DNA of 64,000 bases, taken from positions 1-64,000 of the forward strand of contig CAXMWX010000005.1 of assembly GCA_963422205.2 (NCBI GenBank), written 5' to 3'. Each line of letters begins with the position of its first letter. Positions within the stretch are counted from its first letter, which is position 1. Below are positions 1 to 8,877 of the stretch, piece after piece. The notes under the pieces were generated by a model. It had not been told where the DNA came from. It saw only the letters and a program-made list of their open reading frames with translations, and did no database searches. The stretch comes from Gammaproteobacteria bacterium. GTDB lineage: Bacteria > Pseudomonadota > Gammaproteobacteria > Eutrophobiales > Eutrophobiaceae. The position numbers and the translations under genes are program-made.

Positions 1-753
1 GCCTGGAATTATAATAAAACCGCCTCACACTTACGCTTTGCAGGCTATGCCCAACGAGAGAAAGTCAACCCGACTGGCGCTGACTTATATGGGGTTGCTG
101 ATAGGAATTACACCCATTCAGGTATCTACTTGCGCGGCGGTGGTCTGCAATACCGGATAACGGCCAACTGGAATATCCGCCTTATCCGCCTGGCCGATGA
201 GAATGATGCCAACGCAAGACGGGAATTGTATGTGTATGAGAACACCCGCTGGTATGTCACACCCATCCCGTTCTCCGCACTGGACGAACCTGAAGAGACC
301 GAGCGCGGCCCACAAGGGCCAGCCGGGCCACGGGGGGCGACCGGCCCCAGAGGAGCAACCGGGCCGAGAGGCCCGGCAGGGGCAGCCGCCACCGGCGAAG
401 TGCTACAGGATGTGCGCTATACCCTAAGTAAAACCGCTGCCAATCTACAGAAAAAAGTCAATGGCCGATGGGTGACACTGGCCGTTTTCCAACCCCAAAC
501 ACCCCCGTTCAGGGGTATTAGTGGCAGCCATTTCTCAGACATCCGCCTGAAAAAACACATCCGCTTTATCGGTCGACATCAAGGGCTTGCCTGGTATCGG
601 TTTACCTACCTCTGGGATGAGACTACCACCCATATCGGCGTCATGGCACAGGAACTCTTGAAGATACGCCCCTCGGCAGTCAGCATCCATCCCAGCAGCT
701 ACCTGATGGTCGATTACTCACAACTAGCAGCACACCCGGCACAGGAGAGATAA
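1..753 (+). CDS. Phage tail fibre protein, C-terminal part (collagen-like Gly-X-Y repeats plus peptidase S74-type intramolecular chaperone domain); 5'-truncated by the window edge
   Basis: Frame 1 is open from base 1 to the stop at 753. GPQGPAGPRGATGPRGATGPRGPAG repeat; C-terminal SDIRLKKHI...YRFTY...IGVMAQEL...YLMVDYSQL is typical of the S74 chaperone. Confidence 0.8.
   Translation, partial: AWNYNKTASHLRFAGYAQREKVNPTGADLYGVADRNYTHSGIYLRGGGLQYRITANWNIRLIRLADENDANARRELYVYENTRWYVTPIPFSALDEPEETERGPQGPAGPRGATGPRGATGPRGPAGAAATGEVLQDVRYTLSKTAANLQKKVNGRWVTLAVFQPQTPPFRGISGSHFSDIRLKKHIRFIGRHQGLAWYRFTYLWDETTTHIGVMAQELLKIRPSAVSIHPSSYLMVDYSQLAAHPAQER
307..387 (+). repeat. Collagen-like (Gly-X-Y)n coding repeat
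   Basis: About nine consecutive Gly-X-Y triplets in the tail fibre ORF. Confidence 0.9.
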
Positions 754-755
754 CT

Positions 756-1418
756 ATGATTACCCACCTGGGGCACTTCCGGCGGTATGAGCCAGACAAT
801 GCCGAGATAACAAACGCCCTGTACTTTAGGGACGCCGAGGGCAATGACTTCTACGATGTACAGGACAACCTGGAGGGCGCCTGCTTCCTGTTGGCCGACC
901 CGCAGACGAATAGCATCACCAGCCACAGTACCGATGTCTCTACCCTGGCACCGTTTGACCATCTGCTGCTGGCCTCAGATGAGGTGCTGGAACTCGATGA
1001 GACAAAACGCTGGCAGTATACCGGCAAGGCCATCGAAGCGGTTCAGCCCACACTGGATGAGATCAAGACGGCCAAGGTCGCCGAACTCACCCACGCCTTC
1101 AATGCTGCGCTTAACGCTGGCTTTACCTCGGATGCCCTGGGAAGTACCCACCGCTATGACAGTGAAACCCACAACCGAGAAAACCTCATCGGGGCAGTCG
1201 CCACGGGTGTCCCGCAAATGTTCACCTGTAACGACAACCAGAACAGTGCCAACAGCAAACGACAACGCCTGCACACCGCCGAACAACTGAAACAGGTACT
1301 CATTGACGGGGCAGCCAGAAAACAAGCCCTGATTGCCCGTTTGAGAGAGAAACGGACAGCCGTGCTGGCGGCCACAACGATAGCGGCGGTGAATGCCATC
1401 ACCTGGGAGGACGAATGA
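756..1418 (+). CDS. Phage tail fibre assembly-like protein (DUF4376-type C-terminus)
   Basis: N-terminal YFRDAEGNDFYD and C-terminal GFTSDALG..HRYDS...NL.GAV...HTAEQLKQV...AATTIAAVNAITW motifs; directly follows the tail fibre gene. Confidence 0.75.
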   Translation: MITHLGHFRRYEPDNAEITNALYFRDAEGNDFYDVQDNLEGACFLLADPQTNSITSHSTDVSTLAPFDHLLLASDEVLELDETKRWQYTGKAIEAVQPTLDEIKTAKVAELTHAFNAALNAGFTSDALGSTHRYDSETHNRENLIGAVATGVPQMFTCNDNQNSANSKRQRLHTAEQLKQVLIDGAARKQALIARLREKRTAVLAATTIAAVNAITWEDE

Positions 1419-1434
1419 TGCCAGGATAACAGTA

Positions 1435-1535
1435 AAGAGGAGCGACCGGGCGGGTGTTGTAGCACCTATCCGGCCACCACACAGACGTGAGCTGTGCAGC
1501 CAAGGCTCCCCTGCCACACGCGCGGCAAGGGTGAG
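1435..1535 (+). ncRNA. Candidate structured cis-regulatory RNA upstream of the phage DNA methylase (D12-methyl-like motif)
   Basis: Closing stem GGAGC/GCTCC encloses hairpins CCGGGCGGGTGT..GCACCTATCCGG and CACAG-7nt-CTGTG, followed by a CCTGCC..GGCAAGG hairpin. Lies in the 5' UTR of a D12-class methylase. Confidence 0.45.
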
Positions 1536-1573
1536 CGTATCACAAAACATTATGATATGAGGACAAGCTCACC

Positions 1574-2365
1574 ATGAACACAACAACTGAAGCCGTCAAA
1601 CCCGTTGCCCCCTATGTCGGCGGCAAATCCCTGCTGGCCAAGACCATTATCGAGAGGATAACGGCCATCCCCCACACCTGCTATGCCGAACCCTTTATCG
1701 GCATGGGCGGGGTGTTCCTACGTAGGCCAGAGCGGGCAAAGTCTGAGGTGATTAACGACTACAATCGAGAGGTGGCCACCTTCTTCCGCATCCTGCAACG
1801 ACACTATGTCCCCTTCATGGAGATGATGCGATTCCAAATCACAACCCGTGCCGAGTTTGAACGCTTAACCAAGACCAACCCCGATACCCTGACCGACCTG
1901 GAACGGGCTGCCCGCTTCCTGTACTTGCAGCGCACCTGCTTCGGGGGTAAGCCCTCAGGACAGAACTTCGCTGTCTCCAAGGACCACCCCGCCCGCTTCG
2001 ACATCACCAAGCTCGCCCCCATGCTCGAAGACCTGCACAGCCGCTTGACACGGGTGGTCATCGAATGCCTGTCTTACCAGGACTTCATAAGACGCTACGA
2101 TACCCCACAAACGCTGTTCTACCTTGACCCACCCTATTATCGCTGTGAGCATTACTACGGCAGGCACTTATTCAATCGGGATGACTTCACCACCTTGAGT
2201 GAACTGCTGGGGGAGATAAAAGGCCGGTTCATCCTGTCCCTGAATGACGTGCCGGAAGTGCGGGAGCTATTCAAGGGCTTTGCCATCGAGGCCGTCAAGA
2301 CCCACTACTCAGTGCAGAAAGGCAAACAAAAGGAAGCAGGGGAAGTGCTGATTAGCAATGGCTGA
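1574..2365 (+). CDS. DNA adenine methyltransferase, D12 class (phage Dam-like)
   Basis: PYVGGKS, YAEPFIGMGGVF, EVINDYN and FYLDPPY motifs. Confidence 0.92.
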   Translation: MNTTTEAVKPVAPYVGGKSLLAKTIIERITAIPHTCYAEPFIGMGGVFLRRPERAKSEVINDYNREVATFFRILQRHYVPFMEMMRFQITTRAEFERLTKTNPDTLTDLERAARFLYLQRTCFGGKPSGQNFAVSKDHPARFDITKLAPMLEDLHSRLTRVVIECLSYQDFIRRYDTPQTLFYLDPPYYRCEHYYGRHLFNRDDFTTLSELLGEIKGRFILSLNDVPEVRELFKGFAIEAVKTHYSVQKGKQKEAGEVLISNG

Positions 2366-2544
2366 TTTGAATTGAAGCCGGACGTTCAGGGCTTTGTATT
2401 TCAGAATATCTAAAATTATTTTACAATATCTGAAAAATTACAGGCCCCTATTTATCACGTTCTAAGGCCGAATTTATAACGCTCCGTTACAACCTCCTGC
2501 CATATCGCCACGCCATCTTATAAACAGCATATCTGACTGATTGT

Positions 2545-3552
2545 ATGCCCCATCACATTGAATCTATCGCCATCTGCATCCCCACCTTCCGGCGACCGCA
2601 GCCGTTAGGCCAGTGCCTGGCCTCCATCGGGCAGTTGCAGTTGCCCGAACAGATCAAGGTAATCGTGATTGTGGTGGACAATGATGTCGAACAATCCGGG
2701 CGCGATGCCTTTGATGCGGCCGCTGCCCGGCTACCGGTCGCCGCCCATTATCATGTCCAACCAGAGCGCGGCCTGGCCGCCGTCAGAAATGCCCTGCTGG
2801 AACACGCCCTGGCACAGCAGGTGAGTCATATTGCCTTTATTGATGATGATGAACAGGTGCATCCAGCCTGGCTGCTGAAGATGATCGATGCCCTGCATCG
2901 TTATCAGACCGATATCATTACCGGGCCGGTCATCCAGATGTCAGCATATTCTCCTGCCCCCAATCCCCCCCTCCCGAATGCGTCCAGCAACAAAGTCACG
3001 CATCAATCAATAGGGATAACTCTCCTTAACTATTTGCTTATCTGCCCGAATGCGTCCAGCATCAACATCACGTATCAATCAGGCGATACCCCCAGACGCA
3101 TTGGCACGAACAACGTCTTGTTCAGCATGCGGCTGGTCTCTGAATTGGGATTGCGCTTTGATCCCCGCTTTAACTTTACTGGCGCTGAGGATATGGATTT
3201 CTTCGAGCGTACCAGAGCACAGGGCGCCACCGCGGCATGGCTGGCCGAACACCTGGTCTTTGAGAGAGCCGTGCCAGCCAGAGAAACGCACCGCTACCTG
3301 ATCTATAAAAGCTTCGCCATTGGCGTGGGTGGCGCGCGGTTCTACAGGCGGCATTATGGCATCGTGCGGGTCTTTCTGTATTTCACGCTGCTGGCCATGG
3401 TAAGATCCATTCAGGCGATGCGGCATCTCTTGCTGGCGATCATCACCTCCCCCGCCCGCCATGCGAATGAAGCTGCGTGTCAACTGGCGCGCATCGCCGG
3501 GCTTTTTTGCGGCCTGGCAGGTATCACCACCGAGCCTTACCGCTATGATTAA
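2545..3552 (+). CDS. Glycosyltransferase family 2 (ExoM-like)
   Basis: ICIPTFRRP, IVVDND, AFIDDDE (DxD), TNNVLF and GAEDMDFF motifs. Confidence 0.88.
   Translation: MPHHIESIAICIPTFRRPQPLGQCLASIGQLQLPEQIKVIVIVVDNDVEQSGRDAFDAAAARLPVAAHYHVQPERGLAAVRNALLEHALAQQVSHIAFIDDDEQVHPAWLLKMIDALHRYQTDIITGPVIQMSAYSPAPNPPLPNASSNKVTHQSIGITLLNYLLICPNASSINITYQSGDTPRRIGTNNVLFSMRLVSELGLRFDPRFNFTGAEDMDFFERTRAQGATAAWLAEHLVFERAVPARETHRYLIYKSFAIGVGGARFYRRHYGIVRVFLYFTLLAMVRSIQAMRHLLLAIITSPARHANEAACQLARIAGLFCGLAGITTEPYRYD
2973..3081 (+). repeat. Two 37-bp imperfect direct repeats separated by a 35-bp AT-rich segment, in frame inside the GT2 gene
   Basis: 2973-3009 cccgaatgcgtccagcaacaaagtcacgcatcaatca vs 3045-3081 cccgaatgcgtccagcatcaacatcacgtatcaatca (33/37 identical). 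Confidence 0.85.
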
Positions 3553-3580
3553 GCGCCGTTATGTACGATAAGAACACGCA

Positions 3581-4345
3581 TCACACGGGCATGTAGAGGC
3601 GGCGGCCATCGGCTTTGAACACGGTGACCGGATGATGATACAGGCGTTCAATACTCTCCTGATTGAGCACCTCAGCAATCGGCCCGTGCAACACCTCATC
3701 ACCCAACATCAGCAAGGCATGGGTGCAAAAACGGCTGATCAGATTCACATCATGCAACACCAGCACAGCGCTCTTCGCCGCATTTTGGATATGGGTTGTG
3801 ATCAATTCAAGGGTGTCGATCTGATGATGCAGATCCAGATGATTAGTCGGTTCATCCATAAACCAGATGCCGGGGTCCTGTAACATCAGGCTGGCGATTG
3901 CCAGCCGCCGCCGCTCGCCACCGGACAAGGTATCGACCGGCCGGTCAGCCATCGCCAGCAGATCCAATCGGGTCAACACCTCGGCAACCCGCTCATCATC
4001 ACGCCGATCATACACCGACCAAAAAGACTGATACGCATACCTGCCATTCATAGCCGCCTCCCATACCGACAGCGGAAAAATATCCTGGCTGTCCTGGAAC
4101 ATCACCCCTATCTTTCGGGCCCTGGCCTTCGGCCTGAGACTGGCGAGATTGACCTCATCCAGCAGGATATGGCCGGCCGCCGGTGGCCGAAGACCGGTCA
4201 AGGTGTGCAGCAGGGTGGTCTTGCCGATACCGTTGCAGCCCAACAGCCCCCAGCGCTCGCCGCCGGTAATTGAGAATGAGAGATCGCTGCAAACACACAG
4301 CCCGCCTATCTTCACGGTCAAATCCATGACTTTGAGTTGCCTCAT
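3581..4345 (-). CDS. btuD: ABC transporter ATP-binding subunit, cobalamin/Fe-siderophore type (BtuD-like)
   Basis: Walker A GCNGIGKTT, LSGGE signature, MDEPTNHLD. Start moved to ATG 4345 (MRQLKV), overlapping the permease stop. Confidence 0.75.
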   Translation of the reverse strand: MRQLKVMDLTVKIGGLCVCSDLSFSITGGERWGLLGCNGIGKTTLLHTLTGLRPPAAGHILLDEVNLASLRPKARARKIGVMFQDSQDIFPLSVWEAAMNGRYAYQSFWSVYDRRDDERVAEVLTRLDLLAMADRPVDTLSGGERRRLAIASLMLQDPGIWFMDEPTNHLDLHHQIDTLELITTHIQNAAKSAVLVLHDVNLISRFCTHALLMLGDEVLHGPIAEVLNQESIERLYHHPVTVFKADGRRLYMPV

Positions 4346-5322
4346 ATCCGCTGCCTCGCCGCCGTGCTGTGCAGCAGGCATAAGAACAGCGGCACGCCGA
4401 TGAACGCCATCAAGACCCCAACCGGCAGTTGCAGCGGGTGCAGGCATGTCCGGGCCAGGGTATCGGCGAGCAGCAACAAAATCCCGCCGGACAATACCAC
4501 CGCCGGCAGCAAACGCCGGTGATCGCTGCCCACCAGCATACGCACCGTGTGCGGCACGATCAGCCCGATAAAACCAATATTGCCGGCCTGCATGACCGCC
4601 AGCGCCGTCAGCACGGAGGCCAGGAAATACAGCGCAAGGCGCAGTGCTGGCACATGCACGCCAAGCGCTGCCGCTGACAGATCGCCCTGGCTTAACAGAT
4701 TCATGCCCCGTGCCATCAGCATGGCAAGCACGGCGATCACCCCCAGCAGCACCCCGTACCACGGGCTGTACTGGTTGAAACTGACATCACCCATCAACCA
4801 GAACAGCATGCTGTGAACCTGCGATGCCGAGCTCAGCACCAGCAGCAAACTGATCAATGCACTCCAGCCGGCCGAGATCACCACGCCGGTCAGCAACACC
4901 CGAAGCGGGTTCCAGCCCGGCCCGGCACGGGACAGCATAAACACCAGCAGCATCGTCACAAACGCACCGATACAGGCGCTGATGTTGATCATCATCCCGG
5001 ACAGGCCGATCGCTATGCTCAGCAGGGCAAACACGGCCGCACCGCCGGATATGCCCAGAATATAAGGCTCGGCCAGCGGGTTACGCAACAACACCTGCAT
5101 CATGCTGCCCGCCAGGGCCAGCATACCGCCAACGATCAAACCCGTGAGCACCCGTGGCAGACGGATATCCAGCACGATCTGCGCTGGTATACGCTCGCCC
5201 TCACCGGAGAGGATGCGAAGCAATTCTGCCGGTTGGATATAGATGCTGCCCACTGACAGGGAAATGACGCTGATCGCAACTGCAAGCGCACACAGCAACA
5301 CTATCAGGCAACGGTAAGACAT
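4342..5322 (-). CDS. btuC: FecCD/BtuC family ABC permease
   Basis: DIRLPRV, LRNPLAEPYILGISGGA, IGFIGLIVPH and LPVGVLMAFIGVP motifs; B12 genes nearby. Confidence 0.78.
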   Translation of the reverse strand: MSYRCLIVLLCALAVAISVISLSVGSIYIQPAELLRILSGEGERIPAQIVLDIRLPRVLTGLIVGGMLALAGSMMQVLLRNPLAEPYILGISGGAAVFALLSIAIGLSGMMINISACIGAFVTMLLVFMLSRAGPGWNPLRVLLTGVVISAGWSALISLLLVLSSASQVHSMLFWLMGDVSFNQYSPWYGVLLGVIAVLAMLMARGMNLLSQGDLSAAALGVHVPALRLALYFLASVLTALAVMQAGNIGFIGLIVPHTVRMLVGSDHRRLLPAVVLSGGILLLLADTLARTCLHPLQLPVGVLMAFIGVPLFLCLLHSTAARQRI

Positions 5323-5343
5323 GGGATAACCCGCCAGAGCATC

Positions 5344-5622
5344 TCAGGTCTTGCCAGCAGCTTTGGCACGCTCACGCCGGGCCTGTTTCGGGTCTACCGG
5401 CACCGGCTCATAGATCTCGATACGATCGCCCGCCTGTATTATCGTCTCGGGCGTAATCAGCCGACCATAGATGCCAATTTTGTTTCTTTGCAGATCAATG
5501 TCGGGAAACTGCTGCAACATGCCGCTGGCGGCAATCGCCTGCATCGCCTGACTGCCGGGGGCAACCTCATGCGCTGACAGGTATACGCCATGCCGAGCCG
5601 CATAAGCAATGTGAATCTTCAC
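5344..5622 (-). CDS. rnfH: RnfH/RatB (YfjF) family ubiquitin-like protein
   Basis: GIYG...GDRIEIYEP..VDPKQARRERA motif; downstream of ratA near smpB. Confidence 0.88.
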   Translation of the reverse strand: MKIHIAYAARHGVYLSAHEVAPGSQAMQAIAASGMLQQFPDIDLQRNKIGIYGRLITPETIIQAGDRIEIYEPVPVDPKQARRERAKAAGKT

Positions 5623-6145
5623 GCCGGTGGTCCTATGTCATGGCCTGGGTCATGGCCCGGATCATAGCTTGGTTCATGGCCCCGGTCATAACCACCCGGG
5701 CCATAAATTTCATGCGCCCGGCGGGCGAACACATCAATCAGCGCATGGTTGATCTTTTCATACGCCTTGTTCAAGGTCAGCGTCAACAGGTTATTTTTAA
5801 ACTCAAAACGCATATACAGGCTCACCCGACAGTGTGTATCTTCCATGCCATCAAACGACCAACGCCCTTGCAGAGAACTGAACGGCCCGTCAAGCAAACG
5901 GATCCGTCAAGCAAACGGATATCGATCCGCCGGCCCGGCTGCATGGTATTCTCCGTTGTCACCTGTTGCTTTATCTTACCCAGCCCCAAGGCCAGTGTGG
6001 CGATGAGTCGCTCGGCGGCCTGTTCATGCAAAACAACACGGCTGCACCAGGGCATAAAGGCCGGATAAGCGCCGACATCATTGACCAGCGTGTACATCTG
6101 CCCCGCCCGGTAAGGCACGATGGCCGTCTTGTGTATCACCCCCAC
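5619..6145 (-). pseudogene. ratA: RatA/PasT (Coq10/START-like) gene frameshifted by an exact 17-bp tandem duplication
   Basis: N-half (IVPYRAGQMYTLVNDVGAYPAFMPWC) and C-half (GPFSSLQGRWSF...FARRAHEIYG) lie in different frames; ccgtcaagcaaacggat is duplicated at 5887-5903 and 5904-5920. Confidence 0.85.
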
Positions 6146-6166
6146 CAGTTCACGCCCTTAAAAAAC

Positions 6167-7534
6167 TCAATCAAACAAGCCAAAGACTTCCTGCAGAAAG
6201 ATCAACAGCACGGCAATCGGGGCCACAAACCGAACGGCAAATCGCCAGGCAGCGTAAGCCGTTTGATTTAACCCCAGCTCCTCAAACGTGGAGGAACGCG
6301 ACATCATCCAGGCTGCGAAAACACAAACAAACAGGCCACCCACGGGCAACAGGATATTGACCGACAGAAATTCGACCAGATCAAAAAAAGTCATATCGAA
6401 TAACGTAATCTCAGACCACAGATTAAGTGACAACAGTGAACCCAGGCCCAGGAACCAGGCAAGCGTCCCGGCATACAGAGCCGCCCGCATTCTGGAATAG
6501 CCTTTTTTCTCAACCAGCCAGGCAGTCGGTGGCTCCAGCAGGGAGATGGCCGAGGTCCAGGCAGCAAACATCAGCAGGAGAAAAAAACCGGTACTGAAGA
6601 GCACCCCGAAAGGCATCTGGCCAAAGGCGATCGGCAAGGTCTGAAAGATGAGTCCGGGGCCGCTGCCAGCCGGTGTCAACCCATAGCTGAACATGATCGG
6701 AAAGATAGCAATGCCCGCCAGCAGAGCGACACTGGTATCCATGATGGCAATCGTCAGGCTGGTGCCGGCTATTGACGCCTTCTCTGGCAGGTAAGATCCA
6801 TACGTCATGATCGCCCCCATGCCTATGCTCAGGCTAAAAAAAGCCTGACCCAGCGCAACCAGCACCGTCTTGGCCGTGATGACACTGAAATCCGGCTCAA
6901 ACATGTAACTCATGGCGCTGGCAAAACCCGCCGTGTTCAGGGCATAACCACACATGACCAGCAGCATGATAAACAGGGCCGGCATCAGGCAGCGCACGGC
7001 ATATTCCAAACCGCTTTTCACACCACGCGAGACAACAAACACCGTCATCGCGATAAAAATCGTGTGCCAGGCGAGCAGCCGCTCCGGGTCGGAGATCAGC
7101 GCACCGAAGATAGCGGCGATATCATCCGCACTGGATTGTGCGAATACGCCGGATAAGGATTGAAAAACGTATGCCAGGGTCCAGCCGGCAACGATGCTGT
7201 AGAATGTCAGGATTAAAAACCCGGCGATGACACCGGACATCCCCAGCAACTGCCAGTGCCGACTCTGCCCCTCATCGGCTGCCAGCGAACGCATGGTGTT
7301 GATCGGGCTTTGCCGCCCGCGCCGCCCCAGCATGATCTCTGCCATCATGATCGGCAGACCAACGAACAGGATAAACAGCAGGTAGAGCATAATAAAAGCC
7401 CCGCCGCCATTCTCGGCAGTCACATAAGGAAAGCGCCAGATATTGCCAAGCCCAACGGCCGAGCCGGTGGCGGCAAGAATAAAGACCCAATGGGAAGACC
7501 ATTGACCATGTATGGAGGTGCGTTTGTTGATCAT
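6167..7534 (-). CDS. Sodium-dependent transporter, neurotransmitter:sodium symporter (NSS) family
   Basis: GSAVGLGNIWRFPY...ENGGGAF and ALGQAFFSLSIG motifs. Confidence 0.93.
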   Translation of the reverse strand: MINKRTSIHGQWSSHWVFILAATGSAVGLGNIWRFPYVTAENGGGAFIMLYLLFILFVGLPIMMAEIMLGRRGRQSPINTMRSLAADEGQSRHWQLLGMSGVIAGFLILTFYSIVAGWTLAYVFQSLSGVFAQSSADDIAAIFGALISDPERLLAWHTIFIAMTVFVVSRGVKSGLEYAVRCLMPALFIMLLVMCGYALNTAGFASAMSYMFEPDFSVITAKTVLVALGQAFFSLSIGMGAIMTYGSYLPEKASIAGTSLTIAIMDTSVALLAGIAIFPIMFSYGLTPAGSGPGLIFQTLPIAFGQMPFGVLFSTGFFLLLMFAAWTSAISLLEPPTAWLVEKKGYSRMRAALYAGTLAWFLGLGSLLSLNLWSEITLFDMTFFDLVEFLSVNILLPVGGLFVCVFAAWMMSRSSTFEELGLNQTAYAAWRFAVRFVAPIAVLLIFLQEVFGLFD

Positions 7535-7630
7535 AGCGCTATCGTTTTCCCGTCAATTCTATTTCATTCCCTATAAACTACAAGCGACAGCGTGATAAAT
7601 GTCACCGGATCATCCGTTCGGCGGCAGAAT

Positions 7631-7639
7631 TGCTATAAT
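7631..7639 (+). promoter_or_regulatory. Extended -10 sigma70 element (TGcTATAAT) upstream of smpB
   Basis: Consensus TGnTATAAT about 45 nt before the smpB ATG. Confidence 0.5.
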
Positions 7640-7684
7640 GCCGGGGCTTTCCCGAAAACCGCTGTGCTGGCACCCCCCCCACTT

Positions 7685-8152
7685 ATGAGCAAAGCTAAAA
7701 ACACGGGCAATACGATTGTGCTGAACAAAAAGGCACGGCATGATTATGTGCTGGAGGAGACGCTTGAGGCTGGCCTGGTATTGCTTGGCTGGGAGGTCAA
7801 AAGCCTGCGCGCCGGCAAGGTGCAGATTCGTGACAGCTACATCATGTTAAAAAGCGGCGAAGCCTTTTTGTTCGGCGCGCTCATCACCCCCCTGCCTGCC
7901 GCCTCAACCCATGTACAGGCCGACCCGCAGCGCAGCCGTAAACTGCTGTTACACAAGCAGCAGCTCGGTAAACTCACCGGCGCAAAAGAAAGAAAAGGGT
8001 ATGCCATCATACCCACGGCCATGTACTGGAAGCATGGCCGGGTGAAGCTGGCGATCAGCCTGGCCCGCGGCAAGAAGCAACACGATAAGCGACAGGCAGA
8101 AAAAAACCGCGACTGGCAACGGCAGCAACAGCGCCTGCTGAAACAAAAATAA
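7685..8152 (+). CDS. smpB: SsrA-binding protein SmpB
   Basis: [30 protein letters not shown] and GKKQHDKR motifs; start placed at ATG 7685. Confidence 0.97.
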   Translation: MSKAKNTGNTIVLNKKARHDYVLEETLEAGLVLLGWEVKSLRAGKVQIRDSYIMLKSGEAFLFGALITPLPAASTHVQADPQRSRKLLLHKQQLGKLTGAKERKGYAIIPTAMYWKHGRVKLAISLARGKKQHDKRQAEKNRDWQRQQQRLLKQK

Positions 8153-8249
8153 ATGCCCGACCAGGCAGGCAACCGACAAGGGGGCATAAAAAATCCTGTT
8201 CAATGCGGCACGTTTCAGCTACACTAAGGGGTCATCTTATACCCAACAT

Positions 8250-8610
8250 GGGGGCGTACCTGGCTTCGACGGGGGTACTGAAACCTGAAGGGCATGCCGA
8301 GGCGCAGCATACCTCGTAAACACAACTGCAAACAATATAGTTGCCAACGACGACAACTACGCTCTGGCCGCTTAATATAGCCGGTTAGCCTTCGACTGAT
8401 ATGTGCTTGTGCGTTCAATTCGAGGGTCGATTACACAAGCTCGCGATGCAGCACGTCCGGTGCGGCAAGCGTTAAAATCCAGCCGGAATCGTTAGCCGCT
8501 GATCCCTGTTGACCGGGTGGCGGTTAATTAAACGCATAGGCCAACTACGCATGTAGAACCGAAGGTAAGACGGCTCACGGACGCGGGTTCGAATCCCGCC
8601 GCCTCCACCA
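8250..8610 (+). ncRNA. ssrA: tmRNA, tag peptide ANDDNYALAA
   Basis: 5' GGGGGCG pairs with 3' CGCCTCC-ACCA including a G3:U wobble; T-arm GGTTCGAATCCC; tag reading frame 8343-8375; downstream of smpB. Confidence 0.97.
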
Positions 8611-8617
8611 ATGATAA

Positions 8618-8792
8618 GACAATGACAAGAAATGCGCTGTCATCGCAGGGGAGCGCACCTCGCCTGCAGGCTTGGCCTCCCTTGAATTGTCCCGGTGAAT
8701 GATCCTGGTAAGCCGTCCGGCGGGATGATAAAACACCGCTGATGGTCAGATTGACACCCTCCCATGAGGGCTTGGGGAAGAGCCTTGTTGTC
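8618..8792 (+). ncRNA. 6S RNA-like structured RNA (atypical position and type)
   Basis: About 175-nt rod-like fold with a central bubble (CCCTTGAATTGTCCCGGTG opposite CACCCTCCCATGAGGG), apical hairpin CCGTCCGGCGG/CCGCTGATGG and terminal stem GACAA..GACAAG/CTTGTTGTC. The motif resembles, from memory, cyanobacterial 6S RNA. Confidence 0.5.
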
Positions 8793-8877
8793 CGTTGCCA
8801 TTGCCCGGCATCAATAACAAGCTGCACCCCGGAGACCGCTGCCGTGCAGATGCCTTACGCCTGTGCATCGCACAGCT

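Larger units (their letters stand above)
1..2442 (+). mobile_element. Right end of a probable Mu-like (transposable) prophage
   Basis: Gene order tail fibre - tail assembly - DNA methylase, then imperfect AT-rich direct repeats (AATATCTAAAATT / AATATCTGAAAAATT, 21-bp period) ending in ...TTACA at 2442. Host-type genes follow. Confidence 0.6.

Noticed and set aside
3011-3020. TAGGGATAAC resembles the start of the I-SceI site
   Set aside because: Only 10 of 18 bases match and there is no homing endonuclease or vector context; probably chance.
2973-3081. Bona fide CRISPR array
   Set aside because: Only two repeats, inside an intact CDS, with no leader or cas genes in the window. Kept as a repeat and a speculative finding.
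4346-4762. N-terminal extension of the ABC ATPase ORF (likewise the extensions of btuB, smpB, trxB, SLC13 and the methylase)
   Set aside because: These extensions overlap neighbouring genes or regulatory RNA, or precede the recognisable family N-terminus; downstream starts fit better.
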